Positions 48,801-58,621 of a stretch of 64,000 nt of DNA are shown one piece after another. Each line of letters starts with the position of its first letter. Within the stretch, counting starts at the first letter, position 1. The notes below the pieces were generated by a model. That model was not told the origin of the DNA, did not search any database, and worked only from the letters and a program-made list of their open reading frames with translations. A program made the translations under genes and the position numbers. Source of the DNA: an uncultured Bacteroidota bacterium (GTDB lineage Bacteria; Bacteroidota; Bacteroidia; AKYH767-A; OLB10); contig CAADHD010000018.1 of the NCBI GenBank assembly GCA_900696575.1, forward strand, positions 83,725 through 147,724. The letters are read 5' to 3'.

Positions 48801-49480
48801 CGTGTTTTGGCATTTGCGATGGTATTGTCAATGTTCTGGCTTCTGGCGGTTCGGGCGGACCTTATACCTACTTATGGAGTTTTGGCCAAACCACTTCACA
48901 GGTGGTTGGATTATGTGCAGGAAATTATACCGTAACAGGGTTTGATGGATTAGGATGCCCTTCCAATCCATTTCAGGTTATTATCACTGAGCCGGATGAA
49001 ATAATTCTAACCATGACTCCATCCGATGCAAGTTGTCTTACCTGCAATGACGGTTCCATTACTGTAAATGTAACCGGAGGAGTGCTTCCTTATCAATACT
49101 TCTGGACGCCCCCCGTTTCCAACCCCAACCAATTAACCACCGGATGGTATTACCTCTGCATTACTGACAATAATGGTTGTCAGACCTGCGACAGCGCCTT
49201 TGTTGACTATACTGTGGGTATATGGCACTATTCAAAAGAGAGTGCACAACTTTTAATTCGTCCTAATCCAATGAGTCATTCGGCTAAAATTACTTTTCCG
49301 GAAAATGGGAGCGGTAAATTAATCATTGCAGATTTGTCAGGAAGAGTGATTAAAGAGCAGGCACTGCTAAATGAAAAGCAATACATTTTAGAGCGTGATG
49401 GATTATCTTCAGGGGCATATTTGATTTCATTTAGGGCTGTGGATGGAAAAATTTACCGGATTAAACTGATCGTGGAGTAA
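45878..49480 (+). CDS. 1200-aa T9SS cargo with an N-terminal beta-propeller (IAKWNG repeats), about 12 SprB repeats and a type A C-terminal sorting domain
   Basis: Repeated '(R/S)IAKW(N/D)G..W..(V/L)G.G' blades, then repeated 'CPGACDG...FSYLWSTG...GVYTVTVTDxxGC' units. C-terminal 'LLIRPNPMSHSAKITF...YLISFRAVDGKIYRIKLIVE'. Confidence 0.8.
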   Translation: MNRKPLLILVFALFSFQLHQSSYCQTWDTVAAGLNGNVWGMISNPNDNLLYVAGAFSASGATPLSFVAHWNGTTFSPAGSGFNAQAYAFALFNNEVYCAGSFTSSGANTCLRIAKWDGSQWVNVGAGMDNQVFYLTTYNGELIAGGIFSFAGATPVSRIAKWNGTAWSGLGTGIGGSGFPQVYTMQEYNGLLYAGGQFDNAGGVSVNNIAVWDGNSWNDVGGGLTGAGAYVNDMYVYNGELYVTGSFTDAGGVPVVSIAKWNGITWSAVGTGLAGGSTYGNVLMEYKNELYLGGNFAAIDGTAADRIARFDGNVWQPLTTGCDQEVTAMDVYNGDLYVGGIFIQAGGLSTSKIAKWNIPCITTISLSSTDESCPGACDGTALVVATGSSPFSYLWSTGDVTDVIQNLCAGVYTVTVTDSIGCVIVDSITVSMPPSINLSLHADQTTCSGACNGIAEAIVSGSGPFSFAWNTNPVQNDSVATGLCAGVYEVVVTDANGCTAVDSIEVEDPSYSLSFITTDPSCPGACDGEITVNSTSPHAPFTYVWDTNPLQFTQTVSGLCSGQYVVLVTDSNLCTVLDTVTLNQSQYSINLNSVSATCEQVCDGEATVTTNSPFTPFTYSWNTNPVQTTATATGLCAGVYEATLIDDNGCVYTDSVEVEEPDYSLSFLTISPSCIQFCNGQASVNSSSPYAPYSYYWNTSPQQTTNPATGLCAGFVTVTVTDDNGCAVTDSIEIIDPPPFALNLTATDETCPGACNGSAAVNPASLFPPFQYFWNTNPVQNTDSIVNVCPGIYTVTVIDDEGCASVDSVEIFPSSLELSYQIIQATCAGGCDGEITVFHNGPGPYSYNWFIGDTTATISGLCPAVYPVTVTDANGCSISGLPEIETPQPPSLTLTGTQMQCAANCDGEITVAASGNAPFSFLWSNGSGNATITNLCPGWYVVTVSDAGGCESIDSLLIWPVMPVDISLQSSVNASCFGICDGIVNVLASGGSGGPYTYLWSFGQTTSQVVGLCAGNYTVTGFDGLGCPSNPFQVIITEPDEIILTMTPSDASCLTCNDGSITVNVTGGVLPYQYFWTPPVSNPNQLTTGWYYLCITDNNGCQTCDSAFVDYTVGIWHYSKESAQLLIRPNPMSHSAKITFPENGSGKLIIADLSGRVIKEQALLNEKQYILERDGLSSGAYLISFRAVDGKIYRIKLIVE

Positions 49481-49592
49481 GCATTTTAACCTGAAGTTTT
49501 TTCAAATGCAGAAAAGGTAAAAGATTTCTGCATTTTTTATTTAAGCAGTATTAAAGCCTGTAGTCTTCGGTTAATTTGCAGCATTAATTTTT

Positions 49593-50609
49593 ATGTATAC
49601 AGAAACTAACCGCTCGCTTAAAGAGTTCAATACTTTTGGAGTGGATGCTAAAGCAAATCAACTTGTTACCATAACATCTGTTGATGAATTAAAGCAGGCG
49701 CTCATTACACCGGAGATTAAAAACAATCCGTGGCTGGTGCTGGGGGGCGGCAGCAACATACTTTTTACACGTGATTTTGACGGAGCCGTCATTTTAAACA
49801 GGATAAAGGGGGTAGAAAAAATCAGGGAAGACGAGAATTATGTATGGATTAAAGCAGGAAGCGGTGAAGTGTGGCATGAATTGGTAATGTGGTGTGTAGA
49901 GCGAAATTATGGCGGCATTGAAAATTTATCGTTAATACCGGGTTGTGTGGGGGCAGGGCCTATTCAAAACATAGGTGCTTATGGAGTGGAGATAAAAGAT
50001 GTGCTTGAAGCTGTTGAAGTCTTGATGATTGATGATGGAACCCTTCTGACTTTAAGTAATGCAGAATGTCTGTTTGGCTACCGCGATAGCATATTTAAGA
50101 ATCAGTTACGGGGTAAATGTATAATTGTATCGGTAGTTTTAAAGCTCTCCAAAAAAACCGAAGTGAATACTACTTATGGAGCCATTAAACAGGAATTAGA
50201 AGAAGCAGGAATTCACAACCCCGGAATCAGAGATGTGGGAGAGGCAGTAATCCGGATTAGAAAAAGCAAACTGCCCGACCCCTCAAGGTTGGGCAATGCT
50301 GGCAGCTTTTTTAAAAATCCGGAAGTCGAAAAAGAGTTTTTTGACGAACTTAAAAACGAATTTGAAAAGATTCCGGGATTTGAACAGGCATCCGGAAAGA
50401 TAAAAATACCTGCCGGATGGCTTATTGAACAATGCGGCCTAAAGGGGGTGCGTGTCGGGAATACAGGCACTCATAAAGATCAGGCACTGGTAATAGTGAA
50501 TTATGGAAATGCCAGCGGAAAAGAAATTTTAGATTTTGCTGATTCTGTAATTGAAAAAGTAAAAAACAAATTCAGCATAAATCTTGAAAAAGAAGTTAAT
50601 ATCATCTGA
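49593..50609 (+). CDS. murB: UDP-N-acetylmuramate dehydrogenase MurB
   Basis: FAD-binding 'LVLGGGSNILF' and a C-terminal MurB domain 'GNAGSFFKNP'. Length is 338 aa. Confidence 0.95.
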   Translation: MYTETNRSLKEFNTFGVDAKANQLVTITSVDELKQALITPEIKNNPWLVLGGGSNILFTRDFDGAVILNRIKGVEKIREDENYVWIKAGSGEVWHELVMWCVERNYGGIENLSLIPGCVGAGPIQNIGAYGVEIKDVLEAVEVLMIDDGTLLTLSNAECLFGYRDSIFKNQLRGKCIIVSVVLKLSKKTEVNTTYGAIKQELEEAGIHNPGIRDVGEAVIRIRKSKLPDPSRLGNAGSFFKNPEVEKEFFDELKNEFEKIPGFEQASGKIKIPAGWLIEQCGLKGVRVGNTGTHKDQALVIVNYGNASGKEILDFADSVIEKVKNKFSINLEKEVNII

Positions 50610-50632
50610 GGTTCGGGTCTTTAGATAAATAA

Positions 50633-50660
50633 AAAAGGCGGTGAAACTTCACCGCCTGAG
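50633..50660 (-). terminator. rho-independent terminator downstream of tRNA-Asn
   Basis: On the minus strand: 'GGCGGTGAAGTTTCACCGCC' hairpin followed by TTTTTTATTTAT. Confidence 0.75.
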
Positions 50661-50734
50661 CTCCCCCTCTTGGGCTCGAACCAAGGACCCCATGATTAAC
50701 AGTCATGTGCTCTAACCAGCTGAGCTAAGGAGGA
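50661..50734 (-). tRNA. tRNA-Asn: tRNA-Asn (anticodon GTT)
   Basis: Hand-folded cloverleaf. The acceptor pairs TCCTCCT/AGGGGGA, D-arm is GCTC-AGCTGGTTA-GAGC, and the anticodon stem is CATGA/TCATG around loop CT-GTT-AA. T-arm is CTTGG-TTCGAGC-CCAAG and the discriminator is G. No CCA is encoded. Confidence 0.9.
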
Positions 50735-50872
50735 ATCTGTCTCTTTTCCTGATTCCGAAAGGAGAAAAATCCAATCCTTTTTTCAAGCAATTCCGAGTTA
50801 TTCGGAACTAAAGCACGTGTTTAGAGTCCTTTTGTTTAAAGGGAGCGCAAATGTAAAAGATTTCAGAAAAAG

Positions 50873-51265
50873 TCAGTAAGGTTGATGCATTTTAAAATAG
50901 GGCTCACTGTCATCCGGCTCGGTTTCCTTCTGATTCCAGTAGGATAGAGTAACTACTTTGTTGCCATGTGTGTGCAATAACCTGCCGAAAATGGCATTCA
51001 CAGGGTTAAACGTTACATCGGTAACACCAATCGTTAATAATTCAGGAACATTAGCTTCTGTATTTTCAGAAGGTTTCATGACAGCATCCGTAACGGCACT
51101 TTTTGCTGTTTTAGGCGGAGCGGCTTTTGCTATGACCACTGTATAACCATTCTCTTCAAGGATGGATTTTAAAAAATCGGCTCTTTGCCGGGTTATATTT
51201 CGCTCTACTATTCCGCATTTTATTCCGTCCAGTTCTTCAAACTCATGATTTTTATTGATGGCCAT
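50873..51265 (-). CDS. hypothetical protein
   Basis: 130-aa ORF with no motif recognised. It lies between the tRNA and the giant T9SS gene. Confidence 0.4.
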   Translation of the reverse strand: MAINKNHEFEELDGIKCGIVERNITRQRADFLKSILEENGYTVVIAKAAPPKTAKSAVTDAVMKPSENTEANVPELLTIGVTDVTFNPVNAIFGRLLHTHGNKVVTLSYWNQKETEPDDSEPYFKMHQPY

Positions 51266-51357
51266 AAAGATTCTTGTTCAGGCAAAGATTAAAAGAAAAA
51301 CGGTTGTGCTGATTTTATTTCAGCACAACCGGTTTGTACATGAATCTAAAGGAATGC

Positions 51358-54300
51358 TTATTCTACCACAAGTCGGATGACCTCGGTGCGGCCTTCGGAT
51401 TTTAGTTCAACCATATAAATACCTTTTGAAAGATCAGAAGTGTTTATGGTAATTGAGTTTACCCCTTCTTCTGCATCAAAAATCAGGTTTCTGATGTTTC
51501 TGCCTTGCAAATCAGTTAAACTTATGTAATGGGCAGCATCACTTTCGGTGTAGAACCTGAGGGTGGCACTTGTTGCCGCAGGATTCGGGAATAATTCTGT
51601 TGACCTGCTTTGAACAGTATTGGTGTTTGCCAAACGGCAACCCGGAACATAATAAAAGGTTCTGGTTCCGCTTACACCGCAAGTATTAGCCGATTTAACA
51701 GATATGGTTCCATTTCCTGACCCCCAGGTTACATCTAAAGTATTGGTTCCCTGACCTGCATCAATTACAGTTCCATTATTGGGCACATTCCATTGGTAGG
51801 TGGTGGCAAAAGGAACGACAGGGCATTGAAACTGTCCCAATGAAAAGGCACAAGGGGCAATAACCGGAGTTATTGAAGCAGGCTGAGCAGGCTGTCCAAT
51901 CACGCTAAATGTTCGTGCTGCACTGGTAATACTACACCCGGACGCTTCTCCTGTTACAGAAACAGTACCGGAAACGAAGTTGTTAGGAAACAAAAGGGAT
52001 ATAGAGTTTAAACCATTTGGAGTGCCGTTGGTAACCCCGGTTGGCCATGACCAGTTATAAATTACACCTGAAACAGCAGGAACACTGAAAACTCTCGGAC
52101 CATCACACGCACCAGTATTGGATCCGGAGATATTTCCGGGCATGGTTGGCACCATGCTGCTGACGCTCCGGTTGGACGCTCCGCTCATTGCCGAGCAAAT
52201 ACTTTGAACTGCTACCGAGACATTGCCTACAAACGAAATGGGGGATGCATTGTACTGAACATTTATTGAGTTTCCATTGGCAGGACCTATAATAGTTGCG
52301 TTAACCGGAACATTCCAAACATAATTTGCAGCACCACTAACCACGGGAACACTGTAAGCGTAAGTTTGTCCGGGACACACTTTATTCGGGCCTGACGGCA
52401 CAGATGGATTTACAGTTACATTAGTGAGTTGCATATTTCTGGGAGCACTCACCGATGAACCCAAACAATTTAATGCAGCACTCACTGTAAGTGTACCCGA
52501 ACTGAATGCAGGAAAATCAACGCTAACCTGGCTGTTTAATGGAGGATCAAGAGGGGTAATTACAGCTCCCGGTATTGAAAAACTCCAAACAAAAGTTTGT
52601 ACACCCACCGGCAATGACCCGGCACTGTAAATCTGTCCGGTAGCATTGGAACATTGAACTGGGCTTCCTGTTATAGCCGAAGGGGTGCTTACTTTACCTC
52701 TTACGAAAGTACATTTGTTATTTGAAACTCCGCAACCGTTTATAGCTTTAACGCAGATATTATAACCCGAAGAGTTAGCTGCTAAAGTAGAAAGCTGCGT
52801 ATAAACCTGATTTGTGGAAGTAACAAAAGGACCTGAATTAAAGGGGCCACCTAAATCATTACTGAAATTGACTTGCGAAGAGTTTGAGCCGGTGTTCCAT
52901 GAATACTTTACAAATTGACCGCTAACAGTATTCACATTTATCAGATTTACATCACCGCTGCAACCAGCTACAGGAGCACCAATGGTTTGCACAGTACTGG
53001 TTGGAGGAAGTGTACTTACCTGTAAATTGGCCGAACCGGATGTTGTTCCTGAGCAATTGGCATCGGAGACAGCTACGGCATTATAAATTTGGTTCCCGCC
53101 TGCAACTGGGGTTACAGAAACGTTAAAAGTAGAGTTGCTGGTGGTACCATTGTAAGGCCCGCCACTACCGGAAACGGAATAATTCCAAGGACCGGTGCCC
53201 GTAAAATTCAATGTTACCAATCCTGAATTTCCAAGACACAAATCGGAACTTCCGCTTAAGGTTGCCGTAGGCTGATCGGTAGTATTAATGCTTATTGAGG
53301 CAACGGTGTTACAGCCGTTATTGTCAGTAACACTTACTTGATAATTACCGGCATCTAACATTGAAATTCCTGTCCGAACAGGATTAGCATCCGAAGAGCT
53401 GAATCCGTTAGGCCCTGTCCATGTATAAGAATATCCTGGGGTACCACCGGTTGCATTGGAAATCAGGTTAAGCGATAACCCATGACATGCCGGGTTATTG
53501 CCCGATGGAACAGCAAGCAACTGAGAAGGCTGGCTGATGTTAACGTTTAAGTCAGGATTGCTTGTGCAGCCATTATCATCGGTTACATTTACCGTAACAA
53601 TGCCAGCCGAAAGACCTGTAATAACAGCCGTTGTTCCATAGTCATTATTGAATCCCCAATCAAATAAAAATGGTGCAGCACCGGTACTGCCAACTTCTGT
53701 TGCGCCATCATTACCTCCGAAACATGATACATTGTTTTGAGTAATCACAAAAGGAACAGGCCTATCGTGAACTATTACATTAGTTGTAGCAGTTCCGGTA
53801 CAGCCAAAAGCATTAGTTACAGTAACAGTATAAGTGCCAGCCCGGGCAAGTGTAGCTGAACTTGTTACAGTAGGGTTTTGAACAGACGATGAAAAGCCGC
53901 TTGGCCCTGACCATACATAAGTAGTCATACCATTGGGCAATGAACTTAATGTTAACATATCGCCAACGCAAACAGGGGCATTAGTTGAAGCCGATGGAGA
54001 AGGTTCCGGATTCATATTAACTGTAACCGAGCTGTTCGATCCTGTACATCCGTCAAAAGTTGCATTTACATGATAAGTGGTTGCAACCGTTGGATTATCT
54101 GTTGTAGTTGCTGCAGATGAGGTAAATCCTGAAGGAGTGGATGTCCATGTATAAGTTATACCACTTGGATTTTTAATTCTCAGAGTCCATGATGATAAAG
54201 TTCCAACATCAGTGGAAGCCCTGTCAGAAACGTTTAATGTCCAGGTTCCAGCGGCTGCAACAGGGAATGTAAGTCCTGACCAGTTATGAGCAGCGCCACT

Positions 54301-55857
54301 GGTGTTTGATGGTCTGTAGGAACCCGAAGGAATAATACCACCGGGCGAACCGCTTGTTTCGGGTATAACAGCAGATGCAGTAGTGCGGAAAGTGTATGGG
54401 CCTGCAAGATTGTCTGAATTTCCTGTACTTGATGCCGGTACTCCCGGTCTGTCAAAAAGTAAGGTGTTAGCTGATCCGGGAGACGTAAGCCTTACAATTA
54501 AATCTCCGGCCCAGGTATGAGCCGGACTAAAAGTAATATCCACCTCCAGGTCAGCATGAGCAGAAATTGATATTCCGGAAGGCACCACAATGGTGCTGTT
54601 AATTCCTGCTGTATTATTATCAGGAATAGCAATAGCCGTGTTATTGGTAAACTGCAAACTGCCGTTGGCTGATAAATTAACAGCATTGCCTGGACAAACT
54701 GAACTTACATTAGATGCGGCAGAAGTATTAGGTACAACTTTATAAGAAGCCACTGTTGTTCCTGTGCTGGAACATCCGCTTTGAGTAACAGTACATGTAT
54801 AAGTACCTTGATTAGCGGGACCGAAGGATGAAATTACCGGATTTTGTAATGTGGATGTAAAACCGGCCGGCCCGCTCCATGCATAAGCAGCTCCGGCAAG
54901 GGAGCAGGTAAGGGTTAGGGATGAACCTTGACAAACAGGACCACTGTTCCCCAATGTAAAGGATGGAGCAGGATTAATTGTCAATGTTACTTCATTGGAG
55001 TTGGCAGACAATCCGCTGAAGCTGCATGTTACCGTGCAAATAATATATTCAGTTCCTGTTGCTGAAGGTGTATAACTGTAAGTTGAAGTTGTTGCTCCGC
55101 TGATATTTGCATATGGACCACCTGCTACACTTGATTTTTTCCATTGAAATGAAATACCGGTGACTCCGGAAGTAAAACCGGTAAGGCTTAAAGAAGCCGA
55201 ACTGCCCAAACAAACTGTAGTTGGGCTTGCAGAAGCCGTACCGGCTGTAGGAGTTCCTGAGCAAGGAGGCGTATAAGTAATAACAAGCGTTGGTTTTTGA
55301 GCTGATGTTCCGGGATAACCATAAATGTTGTAAGTGTTTGTGCTTCCACGTACATATCCAATGTTAATCAAATTCCCTATGTTTGTTTGAATAAAGGAGA
55401 CACCTGATGCATTAAGCGTTTTGCTGTTTGAAGCATTAGCAGCCCATGAAGAGGTATTAAAACTACTACCGCTTGCACAGGCCGAATAAAGAGCGCTGCC
55501 ACCCATAGTGGCCGGATTTCCTGTAAAACCATAAATATTGTTAGAAAAAAAAGAAGAGCTGGAACTAAACGTAGTGAAAGTTGCTGTTACAGCAGTTATG
55601 GTAGCTCCGGCAGGTATTGATGACAGATCATATCTTGCCCAACCTCTGCTGCCTGATGAGGATAAGTTGACCAGGTTTCCATCACTCTTTGTTCCGCCTG
55701 AGGTAACCGATCCCGAGTTAAACGAACCTGTTGTGCCTGTACAGGTAATAGTTACAGTTGTTTGTGCCCGGCCAATGGCTGCGCTTAAAAGCAGCAGCAA
55801 GGTTATTGCACAAATTGTCTTGAGTGCATTAGCTTTTGTAGCGTTGTGGTTTTTCAT
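51358..55857 (-). CDS. 1499-aa secreted T9SS cargo with multiple Ig-like/PKD-like domains, a proprotein-convertase P-domain-like segment and a type A C-terminal sorting domain
   Basis: Signal peptide 'LLLLLSAAIGRAQ'. It is Thr/Ser/Gly-rich with repeated beta-sandwich modules. 'WAGDLIVRLTSPGSANTLLFDRPG' resembles a P-domain. C-terminal 'ELFPNPAATSATLRFY...GIYMVELKSEGRTEVIRLVVE' T9SS CTD. Confidence 0.8.
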   Translation of the reverse strand: MKNHNATKANALKTICAITLLLLLSAAIGRAQTTVTITCTGTTGSFNSGSVTSGGTKSDGNLVNLSSSGSRGWARYDLSSIPAGATITAVTATFTTFSSSSSFFSNNIYGFTGNPATMGGSALYSACASGSSFNTSSWAANASNSKTLNASGVSFIQTNIGNLINIGYVRGSTNTYNIYGYPGTSAQKPTLVITYTPPCSGTPTAGTASASPTTVCLGSSASLSLTGFTSGVTGISFQWKKSSVAGGPYANISGATTSTYSYTPSATGTEYIICTVTCSFSGLSANSNEVTLTINPAPSFTLGNSGPVCQGSSLTLTCSLAGAAYAWSGPAGFTSTLQNPVISSFGPANQGTYTCTVTQSGCSSTGTTVASYKVVPNTSAASNVSSVCPGNAVNLSANGSLQFTNNTAIAIPDNNTAGINSTIVVPSGISISAHADLEVDITFSPAHTWAGDLIVRLTSPGSANTLLFDRPGVPASSTGNSDNLAGPYTFRTTASAVIPETSGSPGGIIPSGSYRPSNTSGAAHNWSGLTFPVAAAGTWTLNVSDRASTDVGTLSSWTLRIKNPSGITYTWTSTPSGFTSSAATTTDNPTVATTYHVNATFDGCTGSNSSVTVNMNPEPSPSASTNAPVCVGDMLTLSSLPNGMTTYVWSGPSGFSSSVQNPTVTSSATLARAGTYTVTVTNAFGCTGTATTNVIVHDRPVPFVITQNNVSCFGGNDGATEVGSTGAAPFLFDWGFNNDYGTTAVITGLSAGIVTVNVTDDNGCTSNPDLNVNISQPSQLLAVPSGNNPACHGLSLNLISNATGGTPGYSYTWTGPNGFSSSDANPVRTGISMLDAGNYQVSVTDNNGCNTVASISINTTDQPTATLSGSSDLCLGNSGLVTLNFTGTGPWNYSVSGSGGPYNGTTSNSTFNVSVTPVAGGNQIYNAVAVSDANCSGTTSGSANLQVSTLPPTSTVQTIGAPVAGCSGDVNLINVNTVSGQFVKYSWNTGSNSSQVNFSNDLGGPFNSGPFVTSTNQVYTQLSTLAANSSGYNICVKAINGCGVSNNKCTFVRGKVSTPSAITGSPVQCSNATGQIYSAGSLPVGVQTFVWSFSIPGAVITPLDPPLNSQVSVDFPAFSSGTLTVSAALNCLGSSVSAPRNMQLTNVTVNPSVPSGPNKVCPGQTYAYSVPVVSGAANYVWNVPVNATIIGPANGNSINVQYNASPISFVGNVSVAVQSICSAMSGASNRSVSSMVPTMPGNISGSNTGACDGPRVFSVPAVSGVIYNWSWPTGVTNGTPNGLNSISLLFPNNFVSGTVSVTGEASGCSITSAARTFSVIGQPAQPASITPVIAPCAFSLGQFQCPVVPFATTYQWNVPNNGTVIDAGQGTNTLDVTWGSGNGTISVKSANTCGVSGTRTFYYVPGCRLANTNTVQSRSTELFPNPAATSATLRFYTESDAAHYISLTDLQGRNIRNLIFDAEEGVNSITINTSDLSKGIYMVELKSEGRTEVIRLVVE

Positions 55858-56127
55858 AAATATTTCTTTATTAAAATTGCATTTACGAATTACGTTATCA
55901 AAAGCCCAGATAAGCTTTACTTTTGTATCAATGGTAAGAGAATTTGGGTGAAAGACTTATAAGTTCAAGGCATCTGTTTTTTAGTTATAATCGTCTTGAT
56001 AATACATTTGTATTATGCCTTAACGAGAAAGCAATTTCTTACAATCGCAGAAATACACCCTACTTGTAAGAAAGGGTACTGATCATGTCTCAAAATTGCC
56101 GCAGTCAATCATCATTAGATTTGCCCA

Positions 56128-56490
56128 ATGACCGAAGAAGAAATTTTAGTGCTTAAGAAAAACTGGAAACAACTTACCGAAAAGCTTAAAGATGTTTTTG
56201 AAGAAGAACCTGATCTGCAGACAGTGATTTTTTTAATCGGAGTTCAGGAATCAGGATTGCTTGCACGAAGTTTTTCGAAAGAAGAAAAAACAAACCTGAT
56301 GCATATAGCCACATGCAAATTGTTAAGCTATGAAGGCTATTATTCTTTCAGTAAAACGGATGAGGAAGGATGGCCTCATTATGACAAACGGAAACCCATA
56401 CCGGCCATGTCATTAAAAGAACAAGATATTATGCTGAAAAAAGCCGTATTGAAGTATTTTAAGGATTCAGGATTTTTTATTCCAGAATAA
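56128..56490 (+). CDS. hypothetical cytoplasmic protein
   Basis: 120 aa with no motif recognised. A 'TACTTTTG' promoter-like box lies at about 55917. Confidence 0.4.
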   Translation: MTEEEILVLKKNWKQLTEKLKDVFEEEPDLQTVIFLIGVQESGLLARSFSKEEKTNLMHIATCKLLSYEGYYSFSKTDEEGWPHYDKRKPIPAMSLKEQDIMLKKAVLKYFKDSGFFIPE

Positions 56491-56836
56491 CGGTTTTCTC
56501 CACCGTTTTTGATTGTTCCAATCGCACATAATCTTTTTTAGACAATGCGCCTTTGGTGGCAGTAACAAAAAGAACGGCTTCCCATTTAAAAGAAAATTCA
56601 GCCTTACCGCTGAGATCGGTTGTTGCTTCCTGATAAATGTTTGCCTGTACTCCGGTAGTCGGGCTTTGAACGCTGTCATTTCTCAACACCACTTTGGCTC
56701 CGGCTACATTTTTTCCTGTCGGATCAACAACGGTGATGATGGCATTGGCAGAAGATGTTTTTTTACATGATGAAAAAATTCCGGCACATGAAATAAAAAT
56801 GATAAGCCCGGCCAGAAGTAGTATGGATTGTTTCAT
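56477..56836 (-). CDS. small lipoprotein with a carboxypeptidase-regulatory-like beta-sandwich
   Basis: Lipobox 'IFISCAG'. 'ITVVDPTGKNVAGAKVVL' is a CarboxypepD_reg-like strand. The start was chosen at MKQSILL. Confidence 0.45.
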   Translation of the reverse strand: MKQSILLLAGLIIFISCAGIFSSCKKTSSANAIITVVDPTGKNVAGAKVVLRNDSVQSPTTGVQANIYQEATTDLSGKAEFSFKWEAVLFVTATKGALSKKDYVRLEQSKTVEKTVILE

Positions 56837-56892
56837 GATGTTATTATTGGTTAACATTGCGCTGTAAAATTTAAACGTCAAAACTAAAACTT

Positions 56893-57567
56893 ATGAAATT
56901 AACTTTCATTGCTGCTTCGGTTTTACTGTTTTCGGCCATTCAGGTTTCATTGGCCCAAAAAAAATCAACAACCACAAAACAACCAACTATGGTACAAATA
57001 ACCACAGATTACGGAGCTATCAAAATTAAACTTTATGATGAGGCTCCGAAGCACCGCGATAACTTTATCAAATTAGCCAAAGAGGGATTTTATAATGGCA
57101 CTCTTTTTCACAGAGTAATTCAAGGCTTTATGATTCAGGGCGGGGATCCCAATTCAAAAAATGCTCCGGCAGGTCAGCCACTTGGCATGGGCGATGTTGG
57201 ATACACTGTGCCTGCTGAATTTAATCCGGCATTGATTCATAAAAAAGGCGCACTATGTGCTGCACGTACCGATAATCCAACCAAAGCATCAAGCGGTTGC
57301 CAGTTTTATATTGTACAGGGAAAAACATACACCGATGCCGAACTTGACCAGATGGAAACGCGTGCAGGCATAAAATACACTCCGGCCCAGCGCGAGATTT
57401 ACAAGAAATCAGGCGGCACCCCTTTTCTTGATATGAACTATACGGTGTATGGAGAAGTAACAGAAGGTCTTGATGTAGTTGACAAAATTGCTGCTGTTCA
57501 AACCAACCGTCAGGCTGGCGACCGCCCTGTTCAGGATGTGAAAATGACAGTTAAAGTGATAGAATAA
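56893..57567 (+). CDS. peptidyl-prolyl cis-trans isomerase, cyclophilin type (secreted)
   Basis: 'GTLFHRVIQGFMIQGGDP' and 'GCQFYIV' cyclophilin signatures, with a signal peptide. Confidence 0.9.
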   Translation: MKLTFIAASVLLFSAIQVSLAQKKSTTTKQPTMVQITTDYGAIKIKLYDEAPKHRDNFIKLAKEGFYNGTLFHRVIQGFMIQGGDPNSKNAPAGQPLGMGDVGYTVPAEFNPALIHKKGALCAARTDNPTKASSGCQFYIVQGKTYTDAELDQMETRAGIKYTPAQREIYKKSGGTPFLDMNYTVYGEVTEGLDVVDKIAAVQTNRQAGDRPVQDVKMTVKVIE

Positions 57568-57576
57568 ATTTCTCGG

Positions 57577-58605
57577 ATGAGCCATTCTTCGCTCAAAGAT
57601 TTTTTATCAGAAGTCGAAAATTTCAAAGCTGAAACAAAAGAGCAGCTTGAAGAGTTCCGGTTAAAGTTCCTTTCTAAAAAAGGAATTGTGGCAGAGTTGT
57701 TTTCACAGTTGAAAACCATAGCTGCTGAAAACAGAAAAGAATTCGGTCTTGAAGTAAACAAGCTTAAAAAGGCGGCTGAAGAAAAATTTGAAAATTTCAG
57801 ATATCTGTATGAAAAGAAAACTGCCGATGTTTCAGGGATTGACATAACCCTTCCGGGCGAGCCGTTTCTTATTGGCTCGCATCATCCGGTTTCCATTGTC
57901 CGTAAGAAAATCATTAGCATTTTTTCTCACATCGGTTTCAGCTTGAGTGAAGGGCCTGAGATAGAAGATGACTGGCATAATTTCTCTGCCCTCAACTTTC
58001 CTGAAGACCATCCTGCCCGTGATATGCAGGATACTTTTTTTGTAAAAACAGAGAATGGCACAAGGCCTTATGCTCTCCGAACACATACTTCATCGGTTCA
58101 GGTAAGAGTGATGGAAAGTACGAAACCGCCCATCCGCACTATCAGCCCCGGAAGAGTATATCGTAACGAAGCTATCTCAGCCCGTGCTCATTGTTTTTTT
58201 CATCAGGTGGAAGGGTTATATGTGGATGAAGGTGTTTCGTTTGCCGATCTTAAACAAACATTGCTCTACTTCGCTCGTGAAATGTTTGGTGCCGATTCGC
58301 AGATTCGCCTGCGCCCTTCTTATTTCCCATTTACAGAGCCCAGCGCTGAAATGGATGTAAGCTGTTTCCTTTGTCATGGCAAAGGATGCAACGTTTGCAA
58401 ATACACAGGCTGGGTCGAAATTTTAGGATGCGGCATGGTTCATCCTGCAGTTCTTGAAAACTGTAAAATTGACAGCAACAGATACACCGGCTATGCTTTC
58501 GGTATGGGAATAGAAAGAATAACTATGCTTCTTTACGGTATTAAAGACCTGCGGCTCTTTTCGCAGAACGATGTACGATTTCTGCAACAGTTTGCCGGAT
58601 TATAA
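57577..58605 (+). CDS. pheS: phenylalanine--tRNA ligase alpha subunit
   Basis: Class II aaRS motifs: 'FPEDHPARDMQDTFF', 'LRTHTS', 'FPFTEPSAEMDV', 'GMGIERI'. Confidence 0.95.
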   Translation: MSHSSLKDFLSEVENFKAETKEQLEEFRLKFLSKKGIVAELFSQLKTIAAENRKEFGLEVNKLKKAAEEKFENFRYLYEKKTADVSGIDITLPGEPFLIGSHHPVSIVRKKIISIFSHIGFSLSEGPEIEDDWHNFSALNFPEDHPARDMQDTFFVKTENGTRPYALRTHTSSVQVRVMESTKPPIRTISPGRVYRNEAISARAHCFFHQVEGLYVDEGVSFADLKQTLLYFAREMFGADSQIRLRPSYFPFTEPSAEMDVSCFLCHGKGCNVCKYTGWVEILGCGMVHPAVLENCKIDSNRYTGYAFGMGIERITMLLYGIKDLRLFSQNDVRFLQQFAGL

Positions 58606-58621
58606 TTTTTGGAAATAGCGC

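Noticed and set aside
50610-50872. Possibility that tRNA-Asn marks an integrative element or genomic island
   Set aside because: No integrase, no direct repeat of the tRNA 3' end, and no phage or conjugation genes on either side. The neighbours are murB and a T9SS cargo gene.
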